NCBI GenBank assembly: GCA_038087875.1
Contig: CM075988.1
Location: 20,276,001-20,340,000, forward strand
Origin: Malacoraja senta
Taxonomy: Eukaryota
Length of the DNA stretch: 64,000 nt
Reading direction: 5' to 3'
In this document: piece after piece, positions 12,700 to 24,034 of the stretch
Position numbering within the stretch: position 1 is the stretch's first letter
Layout of the letters: the number at the start of each line of letters is the position of its first letter
Notes under the pieces: generated by a model
What the model saw: only the letters and a program-made list of their open reading frames with translations
Databases searched by the model: none
Told to the model about the DNA's origin: nothing
Translations under genes and position numbers: made by a program

Positions 12700-12956
12700 T
12701 GGTAACAGGCCCTTTAGCCCAACTCATCCATGCTGACCAGAATGCCCCATCCAAGCTTTGCCTGTTTTTGGTCCCCATATCCCTCTAGAGGTATCCAACT
12801 TTATTTTCTATGTACCTGTCCGAATGTCTGAAAAAGTTGTTATTACACGTCCCTCAACTACCTCCGTTGGCAGCTCGTTCCATATACCCACCACCCTCTG
12901 AATGCAAAAGCTGCCCCTCAGGTCCCTATTAAATCAATCTTCCCCTCTCGCCTTAA
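12700..12956 (-). mobile_element. CR1 3' fragment
   Basis: AACAGGCCCTTTAGCCCAACTCATCCATG...CACCACCCTCTG...CCCCTCAGGTCCCTATTAAAT. Confidence 0.8.
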
Positions 12957-13609
12957 GTTGTCACCCACAAGTTGTGTTGTCACCAGCTGGAGGATCTCAG
13001 CTGGTTGATTGCTCCATCACATTCCGGCACTTTCTGCACAATGCTGAAATCTCTCTAGGACTGCATTTAGAGGGAGGTTAATTGGGTAAAGTTTATTGGG
13101 TTGCAGTGAAGCAACTTTAAATAATGTTCCGTTAAATGACAGAGATTCACTGTTGAACAGAGAACGCTGAAATCACTTATTTGGCACTGTCTTGCGGTTG
13201 TTGCTTGGATTTGAATCTCCTTTTAAGGCTGTTGTCCATAAAAAGTCATGCCTTGGGAATGAAAAATGTTACATTTTCGTTGTGTTCTAATGATTGGATG
13301 CAGAGGCCTGTGCGAAAGACCACATCAGCAAACTTGCTGCAGACTTCAGTGATCTTGTTGTTGCTCAGTTTGCAGGGAAATCCGAAGCTTGTGTTGGATT
13401 CATAAACCTTGGTGAAAGTTCTACTTGTAAAAAATATGCGTGTTTCAATGTGTGGACGTGAACATAATACTCTATGACTGGGTCCAGTGGATCAATAAAC
13501 ATTTCCGTTTATACTTCCTGAGGGTTTAGTGAAGCCAAGTTGAATTCAGCAAATTGATTTCCTGAATTGAAAGATCCTTTTAAAAACTTATTCCAGAAAT
13601 TCTATCAAT

Positions 13610-15365
13610 TCCATCACGCAGACCAGACTGCCCACCATTGACTCCATCCACACCACGCTGCCTCGGAAAAACAGCCAACATAATCAAAGACTTGTCACAC
13701 CCCGGTCATTCCTTCTTCTCTCTGCTCCTTGTTGGGCAGAGGTACAGAAGCTTGAAAATGTACACCAGCAGACTTAGGAACAGCTTCTTCCCTTCAGTTG
13801 TCAGGCATCTGAATGCTTCTTTCATACACAGTTTTTGTACACGGTATTGGGGGTTGAGTATTGATGTGGATAGAGAACTGGCTGGCAGACAGGAAGCAAA
13901 GAGTAGGAGTAAACGGGTCCTTTTCAGAATGGCAGGCAGTGACTAGTGGGGTACCGCAAGGCTCAGTGCTGGGACCCCAGCTATTTACAATATATATTAA
14001 TGATTTGGACGAGGGAATTGAATGCAACATCTCCAAGTTTGCGGATGACACGAAGCTGGGGGGCAGTGTTAGCTGTGAGGAGGGTGCTAGGAGGCCGCAA
14101 GATGACTTGGATAGGCTGGGTGAGTGGGCAAATGCATGGCAGATGCAGTATAATGTGGATAAATGTGAGGTTATCCACTTTGGTGGCAAAAACAGGAAAG
14201 TAGACTATTACCTGAATGGTGGCCGATTAGGAAAAGGGGAGATGCAACGAGACCTGGGTGTCATGGTACACCAGTCATTGAAAGTAGGCATGCAGGTGCA
14301 GCAGGCAGTGAAGAAAGCGAATGGTATGTTAGCATTCATAGCAAAAGGATTTGAGTAAAGGAGCAGGGAGGTTCTGCTGCAGTTGTACAGGGTCTTGGTG
14401 AGACCACACCTGGAGTATTGCGTACAGTTTTGGTCTCCTAATCTGAGGAAGGACATTCTTGCCATTGAGGGAGTACAGAGAAGGTTCACCAGACTGATTC
14501 CTGGGATGTCAGGACTTTCATATGAAGAAAGACTGGATAGACTCGGCTTGTACTCGCTAGTAGTTAGAAGATTGAGGGGGGATCTTATAGAAACTTACAA
14601 AATTCTTAAGGGGTTGGACAGGCTAGATGCAGGAAGATTGTTCCCGATGTTGGGGAAGTCCAGAACAAGGGGTCACAGTTTAAGGATGAAGGGGAAATCT
14701 TTTAGGACTGAGATGAGAAAAACATTTTTTACACAGAGAGTGGTGAATCTCTGGAATTCACTGCCACAGAATGTAGTTGAGGCCAGTTCATTGGCTATAT
14801 TTAAGAGGGAGTTAGATGTGGCCCTTGTGGCTAAAGGGATCAGGGGGTATGGAGAGAAAGCAGGTACAGGATACTGAGTTGGATGATCAGCCATGATCAT
14901 ATTGAATGGCGGTGCAGGCTCGAAGAGCCGAATGGCCTACTCCTGCACCTATTTTCTATGTTTCTATAAGCCTGGGTACTGTCCAATTCACCTCTACCCC
15001 ATTACAGACATTGGACATGTCTCTGGCACTGTTGCGCTACAATGCTGAGAACTGTATTCTGCACTCCATACCTTCCCCTTTGCTCTACCTATTGTATTTG
15101 AGTTTGGATAAATTGTATTAAAAGGAGGAGGACTGACTGAATTTTGTTGCCTTCCACCACGGTGAAGAATGCTGTGGTGGATGTTTATGTTAAATTCTAT
15201 TGTGTATTGTGTGTTCTTTTTTCAATTGTGTCGCTGCATGACAAACAAATTGGACTTTGGCTTTGACTTATGTATAGTATCATCTGATCCGAATGGATAG
15301 CATGCAAAACGATGATTTTCACTGTACCTCAGTACTCATGACAATAATAAATCTAAACTAAACCT
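13610..15365 (+). mobile_element. Rex1/Babar LINE 3' end, interrupted by CR1
   Basis: RCLGKTANIIKDLSHPGHSFFSLL..GQRYRSLKMYTSRLRNSFFP in ORF 13638; 3' UTR resumes at 14968 and ends TTTTCACTGTACCTCAGTACTCATGACAATAATAAA. Confidence 0.85.
13837..14967 (+). mobile_element. Young 5'-truncated CR1 LINE (RT C-terminal half plus 3' UTR) with one nonsense codon
   Basis: SGVPQGSVLGPQLFTIYINDLD...SKFADDTKL; ORFs 13861-14358 and 14383-14877 share one frame, separated only by TAA at 14356-14358; tail TTTCTATGTTTCTAT. Confidence 0.95.
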
Positions 15366-15524
15366 AGGCTGGCGAGATTAAATGTGTATCGCACTACCTG
15401 ACAGTTCAGGTGAGAAGAGACTAGTTTGGTATCCGCCCCCAAATTCTGGATATACGCTATTTAGAAGAAAAGATAAAAGGATTGGTAGCTCCCCGGTTTC
15501 ATCCACTGGCAGTCCAGCACCTGG

Positions 15525-15712
15525 AGGGAGATACAAGGAACTGCAGAAGCTGGAATCTTGAGCAAAACACAAGGTGCTGGAGGAACTGAGCGGGTCAAGC
15601 AGCACCTGTGGAGGGAATGGACAGACGATGTTGCAGGTTGGCACCCTTCTGCAAACTGATGGAGTAGAGGGGGGAGAGCTGGAAAAGAGAGGTGGGGTCA
15701 GGACAAACCTTG
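15525..15712 (-). mobile_element. Penelope-like arm plus adjoining purine-rich segment
   Basis: ACAAGGAACTGCAGAAGCTGGAATCTTGAGC...CACCCTTCTGCAAACTGATGGAGTAGAGGGGG. Confidence 0.8.
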
Positions 15713-15949
15713 GTTGGAGACATTGACTCTACCTCGTCTGTGGAGCCAGCAGACTGGCAACTCATTCTGATTTCTCTATCCATTCGCTTCATGACTTGAT
15801 GATTCCACCATCCCTTCCCTGAAAGAATGTTTTCCAACAGAAATCCACCAACCTGGTCAGTTCCCCCCAGCCTGAAAGACAAATTTAACAAATGGCCACA
15901 TACATTACAGTAATGGGGCAAATGTAACAAAGAGAGCAAGTCAACTGGC

Positions 15950-16152
15950 AAAAAAACACACAGTTCTGGATCATCTCAATGGGTCGGGCAGTTTCTTTGG
16001 AGGGAATGGAAAGACGATGTGTTGGATCGAGACCCTCTGAAGAAGGGTCCTGATCCGAAACATCGTCTGTCCATTTTCCTTCACAGATGCTGCCTGAGTT
16101 ACTCCACAGTGTTTCGCTTAAGATTCCAGCATCTTCGGTTCCTTGTGCCTCC
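15950..16152. mobile_element. Penelope-like fold-back element with hammerhead core
   Basis: Core CTGAAGAAGGGTCCTGATCCGAAACATC at 16037-16064; degenerate flanking duplication CAAGTCAACTGGCAA / CAGGTCAACTAGGCAA. Confidence 0.85.
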
Positions 16153-16295
16153 AGGTCAACTAGGCAACTGGTTTCTTTGCCATATTTTGTTTTACTCATT
16201 TGTTATTTTCAGAAGGAAAGCAGATGTTCGCACTATTTTTTTTCTGATGGAAGTGCTGAGATCTCAGATGAAGCCCTTGAAGTTTTTTCCAGTCA

Positions 16296-16405
16296 GTTTT
16301 AGTATTATTTTTTGAGATACTGCATGAAAACAGGAACACCAAGTCCACGCTGACCATCGATCACACGCTCACACTAGTGCTCTGTTATTCCACTTTCTCA
16401 TCCAC
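16296..16405 (-). mobile_element. HE1-type SINE tail fragment
   Basis: GAGATACTGCATGAAAACAGG...GACCATCGATCACACGCTCACACTAGT. Confidence 0.7.
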
Positions 16406-16521
16406 TAAGATAATTTATGGTTGAATGGTAGTTTGTAGAGGTTGAAGGTGGAAGTAAGTGGTTGGATGACACAGGGTTGAAAGGAAATAGGCTTGACCAG
16501 AAATATTACGGTCCTACTGTT

Positions 16522-17100
16522 GGTTTACAATTGTCACGTGTACCAAAATATAGTGAAAAGCTTTGTTTGCATGCTATCCAGTGCAAAGAGAAAAATATCA
16601 GTGTACAGAATATAGTGTTACAGCGTTACAGTTACAGAGAAAAAGTCCCAGGTCTGCAATGAGGTAGATTGGAAGATTGGTACACCCTAGCTTCTGGGAG
16701 GACCGTTTAGTAGTCTGATAACAGAGGGGAAGAAGTTGTTCCTCAATCAGGTGATATGTGCTTTCAAGCTTTTGTACCTACTGCTCAAAGGGAGCGGGGA
16801 GAAGAGGGAATGACCAGGGTACTTGATTATGTTGGCACTGTAAAATGTAAATGGAGTCAATAGTGAGAAGTCTGATCTGTGTTATGGTCTGGGCTCCATC
16901 CATAATTCTCTGCAATTTCTTGCGGTCTTGGGCAGAGTTGTTGCCAAACCAAGCTGTAATGCATCTCAATAGGAAGCTTACTACAATGCATCTGTAGAAG
17001 ATGGTAAGAGTTGTTGGACATCCGCAGTCTTCCGCAGTCTTCTGAGGAAGTAGAGGCATTGGTGAGCTTTCTTGGCCGTAGCTTCAATGTCATTAGTCCA
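16522..17100 (-). mobile_element. Rex1/Babar LINE 3' fragment
   Basis: TLTIFYRCIVVSFLLRCITAWFGNNSAQDRKKLQRIM in ORF 16778-17059(-) resembles the Rex1 ORF C-terminus; 3' UTR present. Confidence 0.9.
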
Positions 17101-17454
17101 ACCTATATTCCCCAACAATAATAATCAATACCTTAAGAGACAAACTATTTAATCATCAGCCAAGAAGCCATGATGCTCTTGTGGAAACCTGCTTCTGTTA
17201 GATTTCTGCTGATGTTGCAGGAACTATGTGCAGTGTGAGCCGTGGTCTCATTCAGTGCCCAACCAACGTCAGGAGAGCACCATCATGATAAAATGAATCA
17301 TGTACAGTAAAGATGGGCCTAATTACTAATGTGCGCGATTTTACCTGTAAGGGATCTAATCCAGGTGATCTAATCTAATGCATGATGAAATGTACAAGCA
17401 GTTCCAATTTATTTTTATCTCTTCTGGCCTGTTCACCCTGAATGTGATAAAAAC

Positions 17455-17660
17455 TAACTGCAGATGCTGGTTTATACCAAGGATAGACACAAAGTACTGG
17501 AGTAACTCAGCGGGTCAGGAAGCATCTCTGTAGAAAATGAATTTGGTGACGTTTCGGGTCAAATCTGAAGTACGATCCCGACCCGAAAAGTCACCTATCC
17601 ATTTTCTCCAGAGATGCTGCCTGACCCACTGGGTTACTCCAGCACCTTGTGTCTATTTCT
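17455..17660. mobile_element. Penelope-like fold-back element
   Basis: TAGACACAAAGTACTGGAGTAACTCAGCGGGTCAGG...GGTGACGTTTCGGGTC mirrored by GACCCGAAAAGTCACC...TTACTCCAGCACCTTGTGTCTA. Confidence 0.9.
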
Positions 17661-17687
17661 GTTCACACTGAAGCGACCTACTTCATC

Positions 17688-18018
17688 TCCAGAACCAGGG
17701 GCCACAGTTTAAGAATAAGGAGTAAGCCATTTAGAACGGAGACGAGGAAACACTTTTTCTCACAGAGAGTGGTAAGTCTGTGGAATTCTCTGCCTCAGAG
17801 GGCGGTGGAGGCAGGTTCTATGGATGCTTTCAAGAGAGAGCAAGATAGGGCTCTTAAAAATAGCGGAGTCAGGGGATATGGGGAGAAGGCAGGAACGGGG
17901 TACTGATTGGGGATGATCAGCTATGATCACATTGAATGGCGGTGCTGGCTCGAAGGGCTGAATGGCCTACTCCTGCACCTATTGTCTATTGCCTATTGTC
18001 TATTGTCTATTGTCTATT
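17688..18018 (+). mobile_element. CR1 3' fragment with (CTATTGT)n tail
   Basis: SRTRGHSLRIRSKPFRTETRKHFFSQRVVSLWNSLPQ...GYGEKAGTGY. Confidence 0.92.
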
Positions 18019-18061
18019 ATCTCTGCGGTAATGTTGATTACACGGAAGGGAATCTTGAAAG

Positions 18062-18394
18062 GAGACACGGAATGCTGGAATCTTGAGCAAAACACAAAGT
18101 GCTGGAGTAACTCAATGGTTTAGGCAGCATCCGTGGAGGGAATGGATGGATTGGAAAATGTATATAGTTTGCAGAACTACATTGTACAAAACTGGGAGAT
18201 AAAGATTTGGATAGGAATCACTTGGTACTGTAACCATGTAATGTGAGAATTGAATGAGAATAACTGTGGGCAATGCTCACATTTAGACCATGAAGAAGTC
18301 TGATGAAGGGTCTTGACCCAAAACATTGACTGTCCATTCCCTCTACAGATTCTGCCTGGCCTACTGAGTTCCTCCAGCACTTTGTGCTTTGACC
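18062..18394. mobile_element. Penelope-like inverted-arm element with unrelated filler and 14-bp TSD
   Basis: GGGAATCTTGAAAG at 18048-18061 and 18395-18408; decayed core CTGATGAAGGGTCTTGACCCAAAACATT near 18300. Confidence 0.88.
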
Positions 18395-18534
18395 GGGAAT
18401 CTTGAAAGCATGGTTTACATGTAAAAGATCACGCAGGGGATGCAGGATTGATCTCAGTCTGAAATCTGTTCTGAATTTCCCACTCTTCTGAATAAACTTG
18501 ATTTTTAATAGTAACAAGTTTGAAAACCTCATGT

Positions 18535-18652
18535 CACAAGAGCAGAGTTAGGCCATTCGGGCCATCGAGTCTACACCACCATTCAATCATGACTGATCCA
18601 CAGTATCTTTCCCTCTCAACCCCATTCTCCTGCCTTCTCCCCGTTACCTTTG
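18535..18652 (-). mobile_element. CR1 3' UTR fragment
   Basis: GGCCATTCGGGCCATCGAGTCTAC...CCCCATTCTCCTGCCTTCTCCCC. Confidence 0.85.
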
Positions 18653-19079
18653 AAGGCTGATTAAACCTGCAGTTTATTTATTGAGCTTCAGCTAAATTTA
18701 CAGTGCTTGATTAGGTGTGGCCACTAATAATAAATACAAAAAACCTGAACTTTCCTTATCAATTAATTCCATTATATCTTAAAAAGAAAGTAGATTTGCC
18801 AAGGGGTTTCAGCTTTTGCTAAACATTACGATGATCAAACTGTCTTATTTCTGGACTGATCTGCAGATAACAGTTGGAAATTTTAACTTGAATTAATTGA
18901 ATAATCTGGAATGAAAAATAAATGGACTAGTCATGCCAAACTGTTATACAAGTTATTTTTCTTCAAAAATGTTCTTTAGCAAAGGACATCTGCCAACCTC
19001 ACTGCTCTGGACCATTCTGTAACTGCAGACTCAGGCCAATGTAATTGATCTTTATCCTCTCGGAAATATTCTCAGCAAT

Positions 19080-19670
19080 CATTCAATTCTGCATACAGTT
19101 CTGGTCGACCCATTACAGGAAAGGTTGGACAAATGTGGATTTATTTTCTCAGGATTGCTGGAGGTTGAGGGGAAATCTGATAGAAGTATATAACATCTTA
19201 AGAGGCATAGATAAGATAGGCAGTCCGAACATTTTGATTAGGATGGAAATATCAAATATTAGAGGGCGTAGTTTTCAGGTGAAAGATGCAAAGTTTAAAG
19301 GAGATGCGTGTGGATGCCAGGAACGCACTGCTGGGGGTAATGGTGGAGGCAAATATGACAGTGGTGTTCAAGAGATTTTTAGATAGGCACATGGATATGC
19401 AGGGAATGGAAGGATACGGATTAAATCTTCTCGACACACTTTTCAGCTAAACAACATCTTTCTTATACCAAAGCTGAACACAATACTCCAAACTTGGCCT
19501 CACCAATATCTTGTACAACGGTAACATAACCTCCAAACTTCTATGCTCAACACTCTGATTGATGAAGGCCAATGTGCAGAAAGCCTTCTTGACCACCCTA
19601 TCTACCTGTGATGCCACTTTCAAGAAACTATGTACCTGCACTCCGAGATTCCTCTGCTCTACAATACTGC
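19080..19670. mobile_element. Two CR1 fragments in opposite orientation
   Basis: + CIQFWSTHYRK...RLRGNLIEVYNILRGID; - QVHSFLKVASQVDRVVKKAF...LEYCVQLW. Confidence 0.85.
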
Positions 19671-19679
19671 CATACTCTA

Positions 19680-19871
19680 TTTTCCTCCCACATCCCAGAG
19701 ACGTGCAGGTATGTAGGTTAATTGGCCTCTGTAAAAATTGCCTCTAGTGTGTAGGGAGTGGATGAGATAGTGGGATAATCCAGAACTAGTGTGATCGATG
19801 GTTGGCGTGTTCGGTGGGCCGAAGGGACATTTTCCATGCTGTATCTCCAAACTAAAATAAACTAAGCTAAA
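19680..19871 (+). mobile_element. HE1-type SINE 3' half
   Basis: TTCCTCCCACATCCCAGAGACGTGCAGG...GCTGTATCTCCAAACTAAA. Confidence 0.85.
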
Positions 19872-20904
19872 TACTGGGTCTACTTAGTGACCCATGATTA
19901 CAGTAAATTTCTGCATTTAAATTAAATTACGATTTAAGCATTTCCTTATGTGTGCTTTGCTTAAGTAGCATTTGCTGCGCCAGACTGCAACTTAATTCAT
20001 TCCCCTCAATCTGCAAATGTTCAAGCGTGAACATGCTTTATTGCTAATGGTTTGATATTTCATGAAATATAAGAATCCCAAACTTTGTTACCAAATAAAC
20101 ATTTCATACATTCTTTTGGGGGCAAAAAAATGAATTTTATTCTAGTTTCGTGAGTGAATGCATGAAATGCATGGAATCCCACGAAAATACAAACCCTACG
20201 TATCTTGGAGCAATGTGTTCAGTTAAAACGTGGCAGGAAAGAGCTACTCAGTTCTACATTCTTTTCGGAGTAACTGCAATTAAGCCATTATTCACGATAA
20301 TATAAATCAAATGTGTTACTTCCCGAAATTAACTCTTATTGCTTGGGTTAGACACAAGGCAACTGCATCATATATATACTGCTGGAATGATATGGGGTGG
20401 AATGTTATTATCAGATGCCTCATATGATGCAGGCAGAAAAGGCCAAAATAAACATGTAACATTCCCCCAAAAAATGGAATAAAAGGGTTGTGAAATTCCA
20501 TAGTTTATGTGAGAGAGATAAAAGGTTAGTAATCTCATCCTGATCCACATGGCAGCTGTGGACTGTCCAGGTTTTTGCCTATTGCTCTCTAATTCCTTCT
20601 GAACCCTGAGATGAGTTTACTGAGTTGTAATCACTCCCAGCTTTGACTAAATTGTGTGTAACGCTTTATAAATTTGCAATCCATACCTTGTTTACCAGTT
20701 GGAATTGGAGCATTCAGTTTTATTTGACACGCGTTGTCAGATTTTTTAAACAGTCAGCACTGTGAGCCAGCCCCAGTGACATTAGTTTATTTATTTGTTC
20801 AAAGGGTTTGTGTCTTGCTGGCAAAGAGCAATACTGTTCACCCATTTCCAGTTACTCTTGAACTGAGGTGGGTCATTTCAGAGGAAGGTTCAGAGCCAAT
20901 TCTG

Positions 20905-21108
20905 AGGGTATTTTTAAGGCACGAGATGGATCGATTCTTGATTAGTAAGAGTGTCAAGGGTGATGGGGAGAAGGCAGGAGAATGGAGTTGAGAGGGAAAG
21001 GTGGATCAAACATGATTGAATGGCAGAGTAACATCTCTCACCCATTCTATCCAGGCCTTTCATTATTTGGTAGGTTTCAACAAGATCGCCCCCTCATCCT
21101 TTTAAACT
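20905..21108. mobile_element. CR1 3' fragment joined to an inverted CR1 piece
   Basis: + GAGATGGATCGATTCTTGATTAG...GGGGAGAAGGCAGG; then - ACATCTCTCACCC...CCCCCTCATCCTTTTAAACT. Confidence 0.75.
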
Positions 21109-21377
21109 GTCCATTGACTCGGTTCTACATTCTTTTCGGAGTCTAGTGTGTCTGCAACAGTGACTTATAAATGCACTGTAACACTGGGGTCGTAAATAGG
21201 AAAACCATTAAAAATTAAATTGTTAATCTCATGAATAAATACATTACAATGATCGATGGAGGTAAAATAGAGATGATGAAGATCGCTGATATATATTCAT
21301 TCGGCAATTTACTTCGCATCATATTTGGCACAGATTTTTTGGGCTGAAGGGCATGTTCCTGTGATGTACTGTTCTGT

Positions 21378-21510
21378 CTGAAGAAGGGTCTCGACCCGAA
21401 ACATCACCCATTCCTCTCTCCAGAGATGCTGCCTGTCCCGCTGAGTTATTCCAGCATTTTGTGGCTGTCTTTGATTTAAACCAGCATCTGCAGTTCCTTC
21501 CTACATATTT
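21378..21510 (+). mobile_element. Penelope-like solo arm beginning exactly at the hammerhead core, inserted in a CR1 tail
   Basis: CTGAAGAAGGGTCTCGACCCGAAACATC 21378-21405; flanks TGTACTGTTCTGT (21365-21377) and TGCACTGTCCTGT (21511-21523). Confidence 0.88.
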
Positions 21511-22174
21511 TGCACTGTCCTGTGTTCTATGTTCAAGTATATCTTAGTGCATGCGACTGAGAATAACTTACTACTTTTGATACGTGCCAGATTGCCTTTC
21601 TTCCGTAGCCAATGGTCATCTTTCTGACATAGTGAGGAAGCCACTTGCTGATTTTTCACAGTTTAGGACCAGGCATCATCCTTGCCCAGATAGACACAAA
21701 ATGCTGGAGCAACTCAGCGGGACAGGCATCCTTGCCTCTATCACCTTCCTCCCTTGTCTCAGAGTCTGGAGCAAAATTGAATTAAAACTTTTCTTAGCAC
21801 TTAATCTAAGTGGCAAAGATCTCGTTTCACATGATGTAAAACTTGATGTAAATATCAAAACCATTGAATGCAATGAGTGTGGATTAGAGACAAATGTGGA
21901 AGATTGTCAGGACAGAATAAACAGTAGTGACCTGTTGGGAATGATGTTGGCCAGGAATAGGGAAGGTTGGGATAAACAGATGTATTTTTGAAATAAAAGA
22001 ATAGATTTTAGTACATTGATAGATACATGGAGCGTGACTGCAGATTGGTGGGAGCAACCACAGATAGTTCCTTGATAATTCCTACTATTTGCCCAATCTT
22101 CCCCTCAGAATAATTTCCAGTGCTATTGAATGCGATCATTTCTCCTTTTAGATGTAAAAAATATAATGTGGCCA

Positions 22175-22790
22175 AAACACAAACTGCTCAAGGAACCTCA
22201 GCGGGTCAGGCAACAAATGTGGAGGGAATGGACAAGCGATGTTTTGGGTCGAGACTCTTCTTCAGATTGATGAGCTTGCTAGTCTTTAGCGGACCCCTAC
22301 CTCTCTCAACCCACTTCCTCCCCTCCCCTCTACTCCGTGTCCCAACCTATCTCCAACTCTTCCAGTCACCCTGTTCTGTTCCCCTCCTCTGTACATTCAT
22401 CTCCTATCCTTGAGTCCCTTTTAAGCCCCCTATATTTCCCCTCCCCCAGTGCCTTCCAGCTCCGACTTTACATTTCACTCTTCCTCATCTTTCCGTACCA
22501 GATACCATTTATGTTTCCTTTTTATCAAGCCTTTGTCACTTACTCCACCCATCCTCCAATCAGACCCCCCTCACATACGTACCTACCACTTGCCAGGCTT
22601 TGTCCCACCCCAACCTCTCTTTTCCAGCTTTCTCTCCCCTACTGCTATTAGTCTGAAGAAGGGTCCCCCACCCAAAACTTTGTCTGTCCATTCCCTCCCC
22701 AGATGCTGCCTGGCCTTCTGAATTCCTCCAGCACACTGCATTTCGCTGAAGAATCCACTCTCTGCAATTTCTATCCTTGTGTCTTCATTT
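22175..22790 (+). mobile_element. Longer Penelope-like 3' end: inverted arm, pyrimidine-rich region, direct arm
   Basis: Inverted arm ~22175-22270; CT-rich spacer resembling 53215-53335; GTCTGAAGAAGGGTCCCCCACCCAAAAC at ~22651. Confidence 0.85.
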
Positions 22791-23019
22791 AAAGCGGACT
22801 GTGCTCAGTCCTGGTCTAAAATTCAGCAGCTGTCCAGCCGTGCGATGGAACGTATTTCACGCTAGGTTCTTTGCCCGAGCTACATTATTAATGCCGGCCT
22901 TTTGTAATATAAAAGCAAAATTTCAGCAAATTAAAAAATGTATTTAGGATAGGAATAAAATAAATCACTTTCTCTTTCAGAATGTGATTAGAAATGGTAT
23001 GAGCTGGCTTTCAGATCTC

Positions 23020-23310
23020 TTTCTGTCCTCCTCCCCAATTCTGGCCCCTTCACTTGCACATCCCTGATTCTCATCACTTAATGATTGCTCTTCATTGCTG
23101 GGCTCTGAAGCTCTGGAATTCTTTCCCAAACCCACTGCCCCTCTAACCCTCTCTACTTTTTTAAAGAAGTACTTTAGAATTCACTTTGATTAAGATTTTG
23201 ACCAGTTTTCCTGATGCGTCTCATTGTAAGATGTTACATAGTTGCTGCAATGAAACATCTTTGGACATTTTTACTATATTAAAAGTGCTGAATTAACATA
23301 AATTGGTGTT
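23020..23310 (+). mobile_element. L2-clade LINE 3' end, old
   Basis: CCAATTCTGGCC...GCTCTGGAATTCTTTCCCAAAC...TTGGACATTTTTACTATATTAAAAGTGCT; related to 25890-26035. Confidence 0.7.
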
Positions 23311-23439
23311 TCTTTTAACTCGGAGCTTTGCAAGGTTTCCTTGGGTCCGAATCACAAATAAGAACTTCCATTAGTTAGCATAGATTGTACACAACGTCCA
23401 TTGGCTGCCAGTTACATTGGGTAAACATATAGAAGCCTC

Positions 23440-23565
23440 AAGAACTAAGGAACTGCAGATGCTGAAATCCTGAGTAAAACAAAATGTGCTGGAAGAACTC
23501 AACAGACCAGGCAACATCTGTGGAGGGAACGGACAGATGATGTTTCGATCGAGACCTTTCTTCCT
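23440..23565 (-). mobile_element. Penelope-like solo arm
   Basis: AAGGAACTGCAGATGCTG...GGCAACATCTGTGGAGGGAACGGACAGATGATGTTTCGATCGAGACCTTTCTTC. Confidence 0.85.
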
Positions 23566-23657
23566 CGTAATAATGTGCCATATTCTGGTGTTGTAACACA
23601 ACAATTATATATTGTCTCACTCTCTTATAAGTCTGTCTTAAATCTTGTATTTGATGA

Positions 23658-23942
23658 GTTTAGTTTAGAGATACACTGTGGAAACAGGCCCTTCGGCCCA
23701 CCGAGTCAACGATGACCTTCGACCACCTGAATACTAGTTCTATCCTATGCTCTAGGGACAATTTACAGAAGCCAATTAATCTACAAACCTGCATGTCCTT
23801 GGTATGTGGGAGGAATCCAAAGCACCCAGAGAGAAGGCACGTGATACAGGAAGAACCTACAAACTCCATACAGACTGCTCCCGTAGTCAGAATCGAACCT
23901 GGGTCTCTGGCGCTGGAAGGCAGCAACTCTACCGCTGTGCCA
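23658..23942 (-). mobile_element. HE1-type SINE, near full length
   Basis: Reverse tail GTTTAGAGATACACTGTGGAAACAGGCCCTTCGGCCC; reverse B-box GAATCGAACC; head GGCAGCAACTCTACCGCTGTGCC. Confidence 0.92.
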
Positions 23943-24034
23943 TTGATATTAATTATCAATGTAATAAAACAACACAAAATTCAATAAATATATCCTGAAG
24001 ACAATGAAGATAATTCATTGGATCCAGCTAATTG

